Assembly: GCA_043228905.1 (NCBI GenBank)
Contig: JBHGNT010000003.1
Span: 5,332,001-5,396,000, forward strand
Length of the DNA: 64,000 nucleotides
From: Azolla caroliniana
Lineage: Eukaryota; Plantae; Polypodiophyta
Direction: 5' to 3'
Part shown: positions 38,762-51,743 of the stretch, piece by piece
Numbering within the stretch: the stretch's first letter is position 1
How the letters are laid out: the number at the start of each line of letters is the position of its first letter
Program-made: the position numbers and the translations under genes
Notes under the pieces: generated by a model
Seen by the model: only the letters and a program-made list of their open reading frames with translations
Database searches by the model: none
Told to the model about the DNA's origin: nothing

Positions 38762-38790
38762 TTGTACGTCGAATCCACAACCGACCCTTG

Positions 38791-41700
38791 CTATTCTTCG
38801 TCCAAAATATCCAGAATGCTTTGTTCGAGAGGCTCCAATGGTTCATCTGGAAGTGTTTGTTGTTGTTGTTGTTGTTGCTGCTCTGTTGATGTCTGCTGCG
38901 GCGGGTTCGTTGGTGGTTACTACGGCTGCTCCTCCGTTTGTTGCTCTGACACCGGCGTCTCTGTCGTTGCTCCCTGCGTCGTAGTGGTCTCCGGTTGACT
39001 GGTACCCGGCTGGCCCTCAGCCGGCGACAGTCCCTCATCACTAAGGTTAACCGTTGCCGCTTCCCGTGCTTTTTCTTCCCGCACCCGGGACCGCTCGTAG
39101 CTTTCAAACTGGATTTGAGCGTCCAGCCTATCATCGTCTAGCTGAGCTACGAGCTGCCTGACCTGCGCCAGCTGTTCATCTGCCAGGACTTGGAAGTCGT
39201 CGACCAGCTCGTCCCGTATGGCGGTGAAGTCCTCGGAAGTCAACGTATAACAGTCATCTCCTTCCTTCCGCCGGTTTGCCACATCCGCTCGTAGCAACTG
39301 GAGTTCCGCCGCATTTTGTGCCCACTTTGTCCACCATTTTACGGAGCTTTCATCAATCAAGTGTTTTGTCTGATTCAGCCATGCCCGGAGGATGGACTGA
39401 ATCCGGCTCGTTCCCAATTGTGATTTGGTTTCTGCCGCTTGCCGTTCCTCCTTCATTTGTTTGATGATTTTGACGTTGTCCTCCGCCTACGCCTTGTAAT
39501 GCGTCAATTGCCTTTGATATGTGCTTTGTAATTTCTGCAATACTGTTGACGCTCTCTCTTTGTCTTCCTGTTGCTGCCTCTAGAGCTCCATCCGGACCTT
39601 CAACGCCTTGTCCAAGCGTCTTGTATTTTCCGCCCGTTCGTCGGCGATCGCCGTCGCGGCCCGATCAACTGCTTGCTGGAGCTCGGCCATCCGTTCTTTA
39701 TGCTCCGTTTCCAGCCGTTTGTAGTCCCGGTGTAGGTGCTCAAAATCATCCGTCTTTTGCTTGAGCCGTGCGTTGATCTAACGACAGGCCCGGTCCTCAT
39801 GGTCCTTCTGCTGGCGGAGCTCTTCCTTTAGCCGTTCAATCTCTGTTTCCGCCGTTTTCCGCAGCTTGTCCTTTTCCTGCAACACTTTGTCTTTCTCCTC
39901 CTTTAGCCGGTCGTACGCTTGATGGCCTTTCCGGAGGCTCTCCTCTGCCCGGCGGAGGTTCTCAGCAGTCTTCTTTAATTCGGCTTCGGCCGCCGTCTTC
40001 AATTCTCGTTCACAGCTCCTTAGCGTTTCTTGTACGGCAAGTTCATCTCTCAATTCCGCAAGCTCCTGGGCTTGCGCCGCATCTCTCGCCGGGACGGTTT
40101 CCGTTGCCGGGGTCTTCTTGCTATGTACAGGTCGTTCCGTTTCTTTATTCTGTACACTTGCCGGAGTCACCGGTGATTGGATCTGTGTTGCCGTTAAGGC
40201 CATTTTGGCCATCTCTGTCGTGACCTGATCCAAGTCTTTTTCAAGGCACCGGATTCTGGACCGGGCCGTCTCTAGTTGTTCGGTTGTGACGAGCAACAGT
40301 TCGCTTTGCGCTCTTTCTTCCGCCTCAATATACCCCACTGCTCCGGCTATCTGTTCGCCTATCCACCGGAGCCACAGGCTACCGGTGCCTTGTTGTGCTT
40401 GCATGGAGGTTTGACAGATGGGCTCACTTGTAGAGGGGTGGTCCCGCCTGGTTGCACCGAGTTGCAGTTCCGTTTCCGCCCGTGGACCACCCTGCTGCCT
40501 TGGTTCCCCTTGCGTTTCTTCTTGGCTGACCGAGGGAGGCTGCATTGACCTTTCCTGCTCTGGCGGGATGGCACTTGCCGGTGTTGCCGGTGGTGCCGGG
40601 GCTTCTATTTCTGATGCCATATGCACCGGTTCCGGTTCCTTCCTTGGCGTGGGAGTCTCACTAAGGGGAGCCAGTGTTCCCTCCGTCTGAGGGTCCGAAC
40701 GTTTCCCGGCTGTCTCAACGATCCTTGCCGACGACCGTCGCTGGAGGTGCTCCGTGGGCTCCTCCTCTATTTCCTCCTCCTGAGCTCCGGCATTGAGTTT
40801 TGCCGCCAAGGGGTCCGCTTCTCTATTCACCGGTCGGCGGAGTGTGACCTTTATGGGCCGTGCCGGTGGTTCCTCCTGCGCCTCCGTTGGGCACTTCTGG
40901 CTGCCGCTTCTGGCTACCGCCTGTTCTGCATCCGCCACCTTTCCCTTAGTGGCCTTAGAGGCCAACAACTGTTGCCGTTTGGAAGCCGTCCTTGGGGTGC
41001 CGTCTGCCACTCTTCCTCACTTCTTGGGTTGGACGGTCTGGACGGGTGGCACAAGCAAGGTGAGCCACTGCGTTACGACGTGCCATATCCTCCGTCCGTC
41101 TCGGCCTTCTTTGCCATCTTTGCCTCTGACGATCTCGATCGCCGCACACAACCCGTCTGCGATCAATACCGGCCAATCCACCTTGATCCCTTCATAGGTG
41201 GCGATGATCATCCCTGCCCGGTTCTGCGGCATGACAGGGGGTCTAGGGTACACGTTGTTGGGAGACAGGTCCCTCCGGATGGGAAGGGAGAAGAACAGTG
41301 CCGATGAACAGACTCGGCCGAGGCCGAGATCGGATGATGCAGACCCGGTATGAACTTGATGGTGCAAGCCCGGTACGAACCGGATGAGGAGTACCCGGTA
41401 TGAACTGGATGGTGCAGGCCCGGTACGAACCGGATGAGGAGTACCCGGCTACGGAGAGCCGGATGATGCAGACCCGGTATGAACCGGATGAGGAGTACCC
41501 GACTACGGAGAGCCGGATGGTGTAGACCCGGTATGAACCGGAGGAAGAGACATATTCGTAAATATGTTTCTGAGAGCCCATCGTGGCTACATTTGTAAAT
41601 AGCCGAAAAGTCATATTAGTATAAATATGACTTAGGGCAAACTAAGTAGGTGGTTGTTGTTATTCTTCCTTGTTGGTGCAAGAAGAAGTGAGAGCGCGCA

Positions 41701-42556
41701 ACTGTACAGAGAGAGAGAGAGAGAGAGACGAGGTCTTTGCCTCTGTTGTAACCGCCGCTTGTGGCGAAGATCGTGAGCACGAGGTCGTTGCCTCCATGAA
41801 CTCACAGTTTTGTACATTCTTACATAGTGACAGTTTGCAGCCCGTGGGCTGCCGTGGTTTTTCCCCTAGTTTGGGGTTTTCCAGGTAAACCTCCTGTGTA
41901 TTTGTCTTCCTCTTTGTGTCGTGTTCTATTTCCCATTTTCTGTGTATGAAAATAATCTCGGTTGTGGCCGAGCGTTGCGCATAAGGAACGCTGGGTTCTC
42001 GTCACACGTGGCCGTATTCATGGAGCACACGAGCAATTTCGCGGAACAACATATCTCCGCCGCCCTGTGTCCGGTAGCCCTTGCTGGCTAGAGAGTACTC
42101 ACCAAAATACCTAATGAGTTGCTCCGGGGTTGGATTGTCGATCGTGAGTATGCCTCCCTCCGGAAGGCCTGTTAACGCTCGAATCGCCTCTACCGTTATG
42201 ACCTCTGTATCGATTTCTTTGATCACTTTGTCGGCTTCTTCGTGTGGCGGTACTTCCATCATCATCAAGAAGCCCTCGAGCCCGTGTTGCTTTAGCCATG
42301 TCTTGGCGGCTTCCGACAACGTTTGCGGGTCCATGTCTATGTCGAGGTCGGATGGCGGTGGCGAGGTTGGATGGTGATGAGAGTGAGGTTGAGAAAGAGA
42401 GAGTTCAGAAGGTGGGGGTTCTCTGTGCGCAGATTCTCGTCTGATGATCTTGCAGCGTCTTGGTGCTTCTGTGCTCCTGGGTTCGCGAAAGTAGAGGGTC
42501 TCTACGCGCAGTGGTTTTTGTCTGTGCATTCTGGCGCCTTTTTCGAGTGTGTGCAT
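38791..42556 (-). pseudogene. Extra ORF of about 1000 aa (plant-transposon/PMD-like N-terminus, low-complexity linker, coiled coil), broken by a solo LTR and stops
   Basis: Removing 41256-42004 rejoins ...VLHEYGHV-YPRPPVMPQ...; motifs ITVEAIRALTGLPEGG and GIKVDWPVLI; ends SILDILDEE*. Confidence 0.7.
41256..42004 (+). mobile_element. Solo LTR (749 bp) nested in the gypsy extra ORF, with internal tandem repeats
   Basis: TGTTGG...CGTCA termini; TSD CACGT; TATAAATA at about 41620; GTGGTTTTTCCC...GGGTTTTCCA motif; repeats at 41330-41545. Confidence 0.88.
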
Positions 42557-42714
42557 GTCATGTACTAAAATAGCATTATGTCCTGTGGTGGCGCTTTAAA
42601 TGCCCACTACGTACCTTTTCGCTCCTCGCTCTTTCATCCATTCATTCCTCGCTTTTGCATGATTGTTTTTTATTTATTTATTTATTTATAGTTATTATTA
42701 TTATTAGTGTGACG

Positions 42715-45700
42715 TCACTTGTCCGTCGGTCCTCTCGGACCCTTACCGGCCTCATTCTCCCCAGTTACCAGCTCGCCTTCTCTGCCGTCTTTGTGGTTGC
42801 CGTTTCCCTCACTGGTGTCGGTCCTTTGCTCAAATGGGTTCTTAGGCATCGGTCCTCTATATGCCTTCAACCGGAATCCGTTGACCCATTTGCCTAGTAC
42901 TTCGCCGGCAAGTGTCCCTAATTGGTAGGACCCATTATACTCCCGTGTTAGCCAATACGGTCCGGTCCATCTAAACCGTAGTTTACCCGACATCTTGCCC
43001 ATCCGGGTTTGGAATACTAACACCGGTTTGCCGATTGCGAACATTTTTTCGTTACCTTTCCTGTGCCGGTCGACAAATGCTTTCCGTCGCCGTTGCTCCA
43101 ATTCTAAATGTAGGATGCTGGCCAGTCGTTGTTCCTCGAGCTCACACAGCGCTGTCAACCTTATTGCCTCCGACTCCTTCTCGTTCAGCCGTTCCCATAG
43201 CTGGATCCGTAAGCTAGGTACTTGGAATTCTACCGGCATGACCGCCTCTAGTCCGAACGCTAACCGGAATGGTGTTGTTTGGATGCTCGTTTTGTATGCC
43301 GTCCGGTATGCCCAAAGCGCGCTATGTAGCTTTGTGTCCCAATCCGTCCGGTTTTCGTTGATGATCTTCCGGAGGATATTCTGGAGCGTCTTGTTTGTTG
43401 ATTCCGCTAAACCGTTCGCCTGTGGATAGTAAGGTGTGCTCCGTTTGTGGACAACGGCATAGAATGTCGTCAGGCTTTCCACTACTTGGCCTAGAAAGTG
43501 CCCCCCTTGGTCACTTATTAATTCAATTGGGCATCCGTAACGGCACCAGATGTACTCATATAGAAACTTCGCCGTTGACGCAGCGGTGTTATCCCGTAAA
43601 GCTTTGGCCTCCACCCATTTCGTGCAGTAATCCGTAGCAATGATAACGTACCGATTACCCGTTCTTATTGTCGGTGGCTTGAACGGTCCTACAAAGTCCA
43701 GCCCCCACTTTTGGAATGGCTCGAGTGGTAGTACCGGCTGGTGTGGCATACGAGCCTGCTTCGTTGGCTGCCGTACCGTACCGTACCGCATTCTCTGGCA
43801 TAGGTCACATTCTTTTGCGTATCGTACCGCATCTCTTAATGTCGTTGGCCACCATAGGCCACTTTGCCATATTTTTCTGGCTGTCGCATCTCCGGCATAG
43901 TGACCACCGGCAACTCCGCAGTGGGCTTCCCTCAGTATCAGTTCCTTTTCATCGCTGCGCACCGCCCGTCTCCATATGCCGTCTGCGCCCTTGTGGTACA
44001 GTGTGTCTTGCAGTAAACAGAAATGTCGGCTTTGCACCGCCAAGCGTTTCCGTTCGTCCCGGTTCATCTCTTCCGGAGGCAGTCCTGTGCTCAGAAACTA
44101 GTGCATATTTGTGAGCCATTTGTCTTCCTGTGCCACCGTCTCATCTGCTGCCGTCTCCATAGTGACTCGAAACAGCTCTACATCTGGAAACTCATCCGCT
44201 ACTCCGTTACCCGTCTCTCCGGACTCTAATCGGCTTAAGTAATCCGCCACGGCATGCTGTATACCGGGTCGGTGGAATATTTCAAACTCGAACTCCTGTA
44301 ACAGTAAGGTCCACCGGGCCAATTTGCTGGTGAGTGAGGCTTTGGACACCACGTAGAGGAGTGCCGAATGATCTACATGGAAGGAAAACTTCCTTCCCAA
44401 TAAATAATGCCGAAACTTTGTCACACTGTAGATCATCCCTAGGGCTTCCCGTTCCGTAGTAGAGTAGTTCCGTTCTGCTTGGGATAGCTTCCGGCTGGCA
44501 TAGTACACTGGCCGGTGCCACTTTGGTTCCGTAAGCTGCATTAGTACGCTTCCGATTACGATGTCGGAGGCGTCCACGAACACGTGAAACTCTTTACTCC
44601 AATCCGGAGGCTGTACTACCGGTGCATGCGACAATAGTACCTTGAGGGCCTTATACGCCCTATCCTTAGTGTCGGTCCACTGGAATGGTGTCCAATGTAC
44701 GGCGGCATACAATGGTGTAGCCAGGTCGGCCAAGTATCGAAGCATCCGGCTGTGCCACCGGATCTGGCCTAAGAACCGGCTTAATGCCTTTGCCGTTGCC
44801 GGCGCCGGTGCTTCTAATATGGCTTTCACTTTGTCCGGGTCGACTGCAATACCTTCCTGGCTCACAATATGTCCTAATAAAGTTCCACTGGACACGCCAA
44901 ATACACACTTTGCCGGATTCAAGCTTAGCCAGTACGCTCTACACTTTTCTAGACAAAGATGAAGGTGATGAAAATGGTCCTCCTCCCGGCTATAGACGAC
45001 GAAATCGTCAAGGAAAACCTGCATAAAAGCCGGTATATATTCACCAAAGATTTCCATGATGATTCGTTGAAATGTTGCCGGTGCCGTTTTGAGTCCGAAC
45101 ATCATCACCACGGCCACAAAGACCCCCTATTCGGTGACGAATGCCGTTTTCTCTTGGTCGTCGGGGTGCATCCGGATCTGATTATACCCGCTGAATCCGT
45201 CTAGGAAGCTATAGACTTCATGGCCGGTGACGGCATCCAACACTCCATCTGTGAACGGAAGTGGAAACGCATCCGTTATTGTAGCCGCATTGAGTTTCTG
45301 GTAGTCTACGCAAACTCGAATTTTTTTGTTCTTCTTCGGTACGACTACAATCGGGCTCAGCCATGTCGCTTTCTTTACCGGACGGATAAAGCCAACTCTT
45401 AGTAGTTTGTCGATTTCCTCCTTAACTTTGGCGGCATAATTGGGATTCATCCGGTACCGTCTTTGTGCCACTGGTTTTGCGTCCTTGCTCAAGTGCACTT
45501 GATGCTGGTATAACTGAGGGTCGAGTCCTCGCATGTCTTCGTATGACCAGGCGAACACATCACGAAATTCCGTGAGAAGTGTTATCATCGCCGTTTTGTC
45601 TTCGGACTTCATCTCCTTGGCGATGTGCACCGGTTTTGCTTCGTCCGTGGTGCCTAGGTTCACCTCTTCCAGTTGCGACGCTTTCACGCGTTGTGAAACG

Positions 45701-48473
45701 GCCATTTCCCGTTCCAACGCTTCCTGCGCTTGCCGTGACTCCCGGATTGCGTCTTTATCCGGTTCTGCTTCAGCCTCTTCCGGTTGCGGTAAGTATGGTG
45801 CTACTGCTTCGGCAATGCCAATTTCAAAGAGGGGTATGATCTTCGGGTTTTCCTGCAGGTATTGAGCTTCTTCTTCGTTCGCTAACCCTTCTAGCATGTT
45901 GACGCATTCCGCATACAACGGTGTACATTCCTTGCCAGTGCTCGTCCTTGGCTGTGTTGGTACCCGTACCTTGGCTTTTCCTCGCAGGAAGGTAATTATA
46001 TTTTTTCGCCAATTCTGTTTGATATGTGCCATTTTCAACCATGGCCGCCCTAGCAATAGCGGGTATGCGCCTTGTGCCTGTAATTGTAGCACTACGGCCG
46101 AGATGTGAAATGTATGACCGCCGACGGTGACTTCTAATTTCCGTATTAATCCTGTCGGCCGCACTGAGCTTGTATCGGCCATCCGCAACCAGAACGGACA
46201 CGGCTCCCACTCGTGGATTCCTAGGTCATCGCACGTCTGGAGGCTTATTACATTCACCCCAGAGCCTTCGTCTATAACTGTGCCGGGGAGTTCTTTCCCT
46301 TTTACAATGGCAGTGATTACCGGACTGCTGGTGTCCACAACCATTGGTCCCTCCTCCGGATTCGAGAAGAGTACCGGTGCCGGTGATGGTTCTCCTGCCG
46401 TCATGGCCGTCTTCAGTCCTTCCGTGAATCTTGGCACGAGTTGTAGAGTCTTCCTAGTGGTAACGTAATCTGGCATTCTTGCAACGCCTGCCATGTCTCG
46501 TTCTCGGAGTGATTACCGCCGGCAAGCCCTGCGGTGTTCTCCTTTTGCCGCTGTAAGTCTGTGACATTCTGCTCGTTTGCTTTCTTTACCCATTCCGTTG
46601 CTTGTTTCCGGATGGTCTCCTGTGTCTCCCATTCTTTGGCCATGCCCTTCGACCTTGTGGTCACCTGCTGCAGATCTGCCACCTCAGGGACTACCATATT
46701 TACCGCCGGTCGTTTTTCATAGCTCTTCACCAGGCATTGGTTACTATAATGGCCTTCCTGTCGGCAGTAGTAGCAGTAGGCCTTCCGGGTATTGCTAGAT
46801 TCGGCATTGTCTGTTGTACCTGGTGCAGGTCCTGCGGTACGGGCGGGGTTTTGTACCGGTTGGCTGCTTGGAGCTCCTTGTTCCGGATCCCGGGGGTAGC
46901 CGCCTTTTTTAAAATGTCGTTTTTTGTTATAGCTCTTCTTATTACGGTACTCTTGACGGGGTTGCCCGTTATATCTGCCGTATTCCTCCCGTTGCTGACG
47001 ATACCCGGGGGAGTGCTCCTGGTCGTAATGTTCGTATCGTCTATTGTAATCCTGGTACCGATCATGTCGGTCATAGTTATCCCGCCGATCACCGTACCGG
47101 ACTTCATTTTCCCGTCGATCGCCATACCAGACATCCTGTGCCGGTCGGTCACGGTCCATTCGCCGCCAGCGTTCGTCTTCTTCATCCCGGTTGCTGCGTG
47201 GCTCAATTTGTCGGACGGGCGGTGCTTGCCGATTCAACAGATTATACTCGCACCTATCCGTCGTATGGCTCTTGGATTGACAGATTACACATTGCGTCCT
47301 CATAGTGCATTCTAGAGCCGAGTGTCCGGAATTCAAGCAGGTTGTGCACTGTATTGCTTGCCGAAACCGGAGGTCTTCATCGGACGGTAACGCCCGTTGA
47401 AGTGCTCCCAGTGTGAGCCAGGAGCTTGTCTTTTCCATCTCTCTCACCCGGTCAATGACCTGGTCGATGATACTTGTGCGGAAGTCGATTACCGTGCAAA
47501 CCTCCTCCGGGAGCGCGTTTAGGAATATAGTCCGTAATTCCTCCTCCGGGGGTGCGCGGGCAAGCTGACTATGCATCCGTTGAAACCGGATGACAAATTG
47601 GGGAATGCTCTCCCCTGCCTCTTGCCGGATGGTATAAAATAAGCCTACCATTACGGTCTGGTCCACCTCCTTTTGAAAAAAATGCAAGAATTTAGCTTTT
47701 AAATCTGCAAAGGTGTTGATGGTAGACGGGTCCTACGTCCGGCGCCATCTTGCTGCCGGTCCCTCCAATGTGACGCCAAATTCCGCTATCTTAGAGCGTT
47801 CTTCTTCCTCCGGGGTCAATCGCTGGGACACATGGTTGGCTTCCCATGTCTGTTCAAAGGCGTGCACATGAGCTTCCGCGTCCGGATCATCTCTATACTT
47901 GGAGTACTGGAACGACATGTCATCGTCCGGTATTGGTGCGCGGGCTGGCAGTGTTGGTGCTCGTTCCGGAATCTTCTCCGGTGTCGGTGGTCTTTCCCGA
48001 TTTGTTTCCGGCGTCGGTGGTTTTTCCTCTTCCTTTGGTGACGGAGGCCTCTCCTCTTCGACTTCCGGGGGTTCCAGCGTTAGCACTTCCGGTTCCGGTG
48101 TCCGTAAGGTATCCGATCCTTCGTCCTCCGGTCCGCCCGGGGTTTCGTTGCTGCTACGGTAGTTCATGTGCACGTTGTATTCCCCTTCGGAATTCGATTC
48201 ATATGCTGAAAAGGCTTCTGCTTCGCCTTCTCCGTTTGCCAACGCGTGGAGAAGGGATTCGGTTTCCCGGAGGCTGCCTAGGCTGCTGCCGTCGTCCGGG
48301 TGCGATGTTTGCTGTAACCAGAGGGAGTCCTCCGCTACTCTCCGGATTTCGTTGGAAAACGAGCGATCCGCTCTAATTTCCTGCGCCGCTTGCTGGAAAG
48401 CCTCGCGTCTCCTTTGCCTTTCGGCAAGGCGTCGAGTTCGATCTGTAACTAGGTCGTGCGTTGATCTAGACAT
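42715..48473 (-). pseudogene. gag-pol: Gypsy gag-pol (Gag with zinc knuckles, PR, RT, RH, INT) with three stops and one frameshift
   Basis: CYYCRQEGHYSNQC; VIDEGSGVN; FLDGFSGYNQI; FLDD; VDASD; integrase GHY...CDLC, SDQG, NGLAE, WTGPY. Confidence 0.93.
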
Positions 48474-48509
48474 CCATCCGTGCCGTCGTTCGCTGCAAAA
48501 ACAGGAATC

Positions 48510-48519
48510 GTGGTCGCCA
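48510..48519 (-). promoter_or_regulatory. PBS complementary to a tRNA-Arg (probably UCG)
   Basis: TGGCGACCAC, 7 nt downstream of the 5' LTR; matches the recalled tRNA-Arg 3' end GUGGUCGCCA. Confidence 0.7.
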
Positions 48520-51472
48520 AAAACTGTGTTAACTCTTCGGGCCGGACAATGGCCTAACACAGGGTGTCTACGGGAGACACTTCACCAAAGGGTGTTACGG
48601 CAACCGGATTAGACTTCAATGCTTAATCCGACTTAATTAAGTTACTTATTAGGATCGTCTTTCATAACACACGCATAAGATATAACAATTAAGACAGAAC
48701 GGCAATTAACACAGAGAGATAACAACGCTTAAGCTTTCATTAATTAACCGCCAACTATTACATTGTATCCGGGCCTTTAAATAGGTTTCCGGTCTGTATT
48801 ACAAAACGGTGCCATCCGCACCTGTTCGCGATCGGTCCGGATCCGGAACGGCATACCGTTTCCGGTCCGTCCGTCCACACTCATAGCTTAATTACAACCA
48901 CATTCCTACTACTTAATTAACTCTCCGTTTCCCACTCTAGACTCCTTTGTCGGCCGGTAACAAGTTCTAGGGTTCTTGCATCACCAAAATGTTGACACCT
49001 ACATTGAGTAGTTTAGTATTTAAACGCACATTTGGTAGAACTTTAGTTGCATCCACAGAAGCTTTGAAAAGTGGGAGTTTTCATATGGTCAAATAGAAAA
49101 AATAAGCTAAACTAAAAGCTTACTGTTATTTGTATTTGGGTCATCCAAGTTGCCATCCAAGCTATTGCACATATGATTGTTCTAACTAAAAGCAAGTACT
49201 GCTGTTGTTTGGATTTGGTTGATCCAAATATGATTCTTCTGATTGTTCAAGAGTAAGTTTCTTCAAGGCAGATGCCCATATGATTCCCAATCTATTGCAC
49301 AACATATGACTGTTTCACAATAAGATTCTTCAAGAGAGATGCCCATATGATCCGATTGTAATGAATAAGACTTATGACAAAAGAGAAAGAGCATATGTGT
49401 GTGGACTAAATGAACAGAAGAAAAATGTGAAGGAGTGGATAAAAAGTTGAAAAGTGAGTCGAAATCTTTGAAGCATGTAATGGATATCATAACATGCCAT
49501 TTTTAGTGAAAGATAACAAGTTTACTAAGACGCTTTTTTATTTTTTATACATGTACTAAACACTTCTTTTAGTTGAGGGTTACCTTTGTTAAAAAGGAAT
49601 ACTTGAGTGTTTTCTATCCAATTGTTGGTCCCCCATTGGTTAAAAAGGTTTCTCATTTACACTATTTGAATGTCAAACGTCAAAATAATTTCAATATGAA
49701 TGAGACAAGAAGGATTTGAATAATTCGGCATTGTTGTGATTTATGGCTTTGGCATCTTGGTCTTCTCTCAGATTGATGTTTACTCTTATAGCATAAAGTC
49801 TAAAGTTTGGGGCATGTTAATTATCTTTTAAAGTGCAATGCCGCGTTTCCTTTTCCTTCCATGACTTGTGACTGGACTCTAAGAAAATTGGGAAGGTGTT
49901 GGCCACTTTTGCATCGTGTAATAAAGTAGAGGACGCAAATGTGAAACGAAAATGGGCTTGGTTTAAATTTGTAAATTTAGGCCCAATAATGAAATAGATA
50001 GTTCTGTAATTAGGCTCATTATAGATATGCAAATTAATTAAGGAGAATTAATGAAAGTATAGTTATTTTTCGTGGGACTTTGAAGCAAATTGTTTCTCGA
50101 AGTAAAGTATACAAATGTCATCCAGTTTTAGGTTGGTGTGCTTAATTGATTCAGAGCAGTTAACTAACAATAAACTCAAGTGAGTTTAAGGTACAAGACT
50201 CAAGTTCCAGACTTGGTTGAGTCTATGCACATAGTGAAATAATAAGATGCACTCAATCAAGCTTACATATACAAATGAAGTTTAATCACGTTCAAAATTG
50301 GACATTTGAACAACTTTTAGGTTGATCTAGTTTCCGTTCACAATTGAATCCACAAAACCATGATCAAGTTGATATGTTCAGTTTCTCAATATGCTCAAAT
50401 ACGTTTTGGGCTTTGCCAAGTTTCTTGGGTCAAACTATTCCTACACTTGATTTGGGTTTGAACAGCTGAAGGAGATCTCCACTTCTCAACATTAGTGACC
50501 TGGATCAAGTTATAGATGCATTTTAATAATTAACCACCCAATGTTTTTGTAGTTCATGAATTTCTTGTTGGAGTTCGAGCATGTAATGGTTTTCAATGTG
50601 CCTATAGAATACTACTTCTTAATTGGTTGTTCTTGTTTAGATTGCTCGTATCATTATCTAACCTTTTGTTGGTGAGATGAGTGGCATTGAGTGTCAACCA
50701 CTTTGGAAATATAATACTATAAACTAGCTACGAAGCAGATCAAATCTTACTCTAGGAAACGATTGCTTTCACCTGAATTAACTATGACTTAATCACAAAG
50801 AGACTTTATGATGTTTCTATATACACGATAGAAGAATGAAGAGATAATAAATCACTGTCATGATCCAACTTTCATCTTAATCAAGATTAGGTAGTGTAGA
50901 TTATTGTATTCCATCGTAGTTACTTATAAGTGGATTGAAAATATAATGGTCACTATCTTAATAGATGTAGGGTGTGATCTTATATATATATTTAACAACA
51001 AGAAGATTTGTTATTGCCTCGTTTTATGTTTTAAAGATGGTTCAAAATAGCCGTTCGTACAAGCCCATGTGAATGGATCCCATGCTTTTAAGGTATGTTA
51101 AACAGCTAGGTATGGTTTGCTATAGGTACATTGCATAATGTAGGGCATTTGAGCCTACATACCTAACGGAGTGATTCTGTTGAGAATCAAGCTCAAGTTG
51201 GTCTAGTGTGTGAACTCACCTTGAGAGTGAAGAAACACTCCAACGGTCAAGAGTCACCATTATGTCACCACTTTGTATTCTAGCATTTAGTATGAGTCAT
51301 AGAATCATATTCTATGACACATAACTTATGAGCTTTCACATTCCCCATGCTCCATGAGGCTTGTAGTTAATGAAGAGAGAGGGTGTCTACATAAAGCACC
51401 CTCCTCCCACCTTGTATAATGTTGAGTCTTTCTCCTTTGTCAATAGACTTTTACCTTGCGTATTCTCTATGT

Positions 51473-51526
<54 letters not shown>

Positions 51527-51743
51527 CACACACATAACTCACATCTCTTCCACTTCACAAGAATCCATCTCTTGATTCTTTACATGGTATCAGAGCGATT
51601 TGGTAGCTCGATCTAGCCCACTCGCCTCATCGTGATTGTGTGTTGTGCTCCACGCCGACGACCAAGAACTGGCTCATCGCTATCGTAGCTTCGCTACATA
51701 GCACGCATTCGAAGAGAGAAGAAGAAGAAGAAGAATCGACATA

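Larger units (their letters stand above)
38301..48962 (-). mobile_element. Full-length non-chromoviral Ty3/gypsy (Athila/Tat/Selgy-type RT) with a long 3' extra ORF
   Basis: 436-bp LTRs 38301-38736 and 48527-48962 (about 11 differences by eye); TSD AGTTC, with the empty site visible at about 22408; PBS TGGCGACCAC at 48510-48519; no PPT. Confidence 0.95.

Noticed and set aside
41330-41545. CRISPR-like repeat array
   Set aside because: No unique spacers and no cas genes; these are tandem repeats inside a eukaryotic LTR.
46413-46494. Programmed gag/pol frameshift in the 38k gypsy
   Set aside because: No slippery site; a single lost C in ...AGACTC(C)TACAA restores LGRLLQLVPRF.
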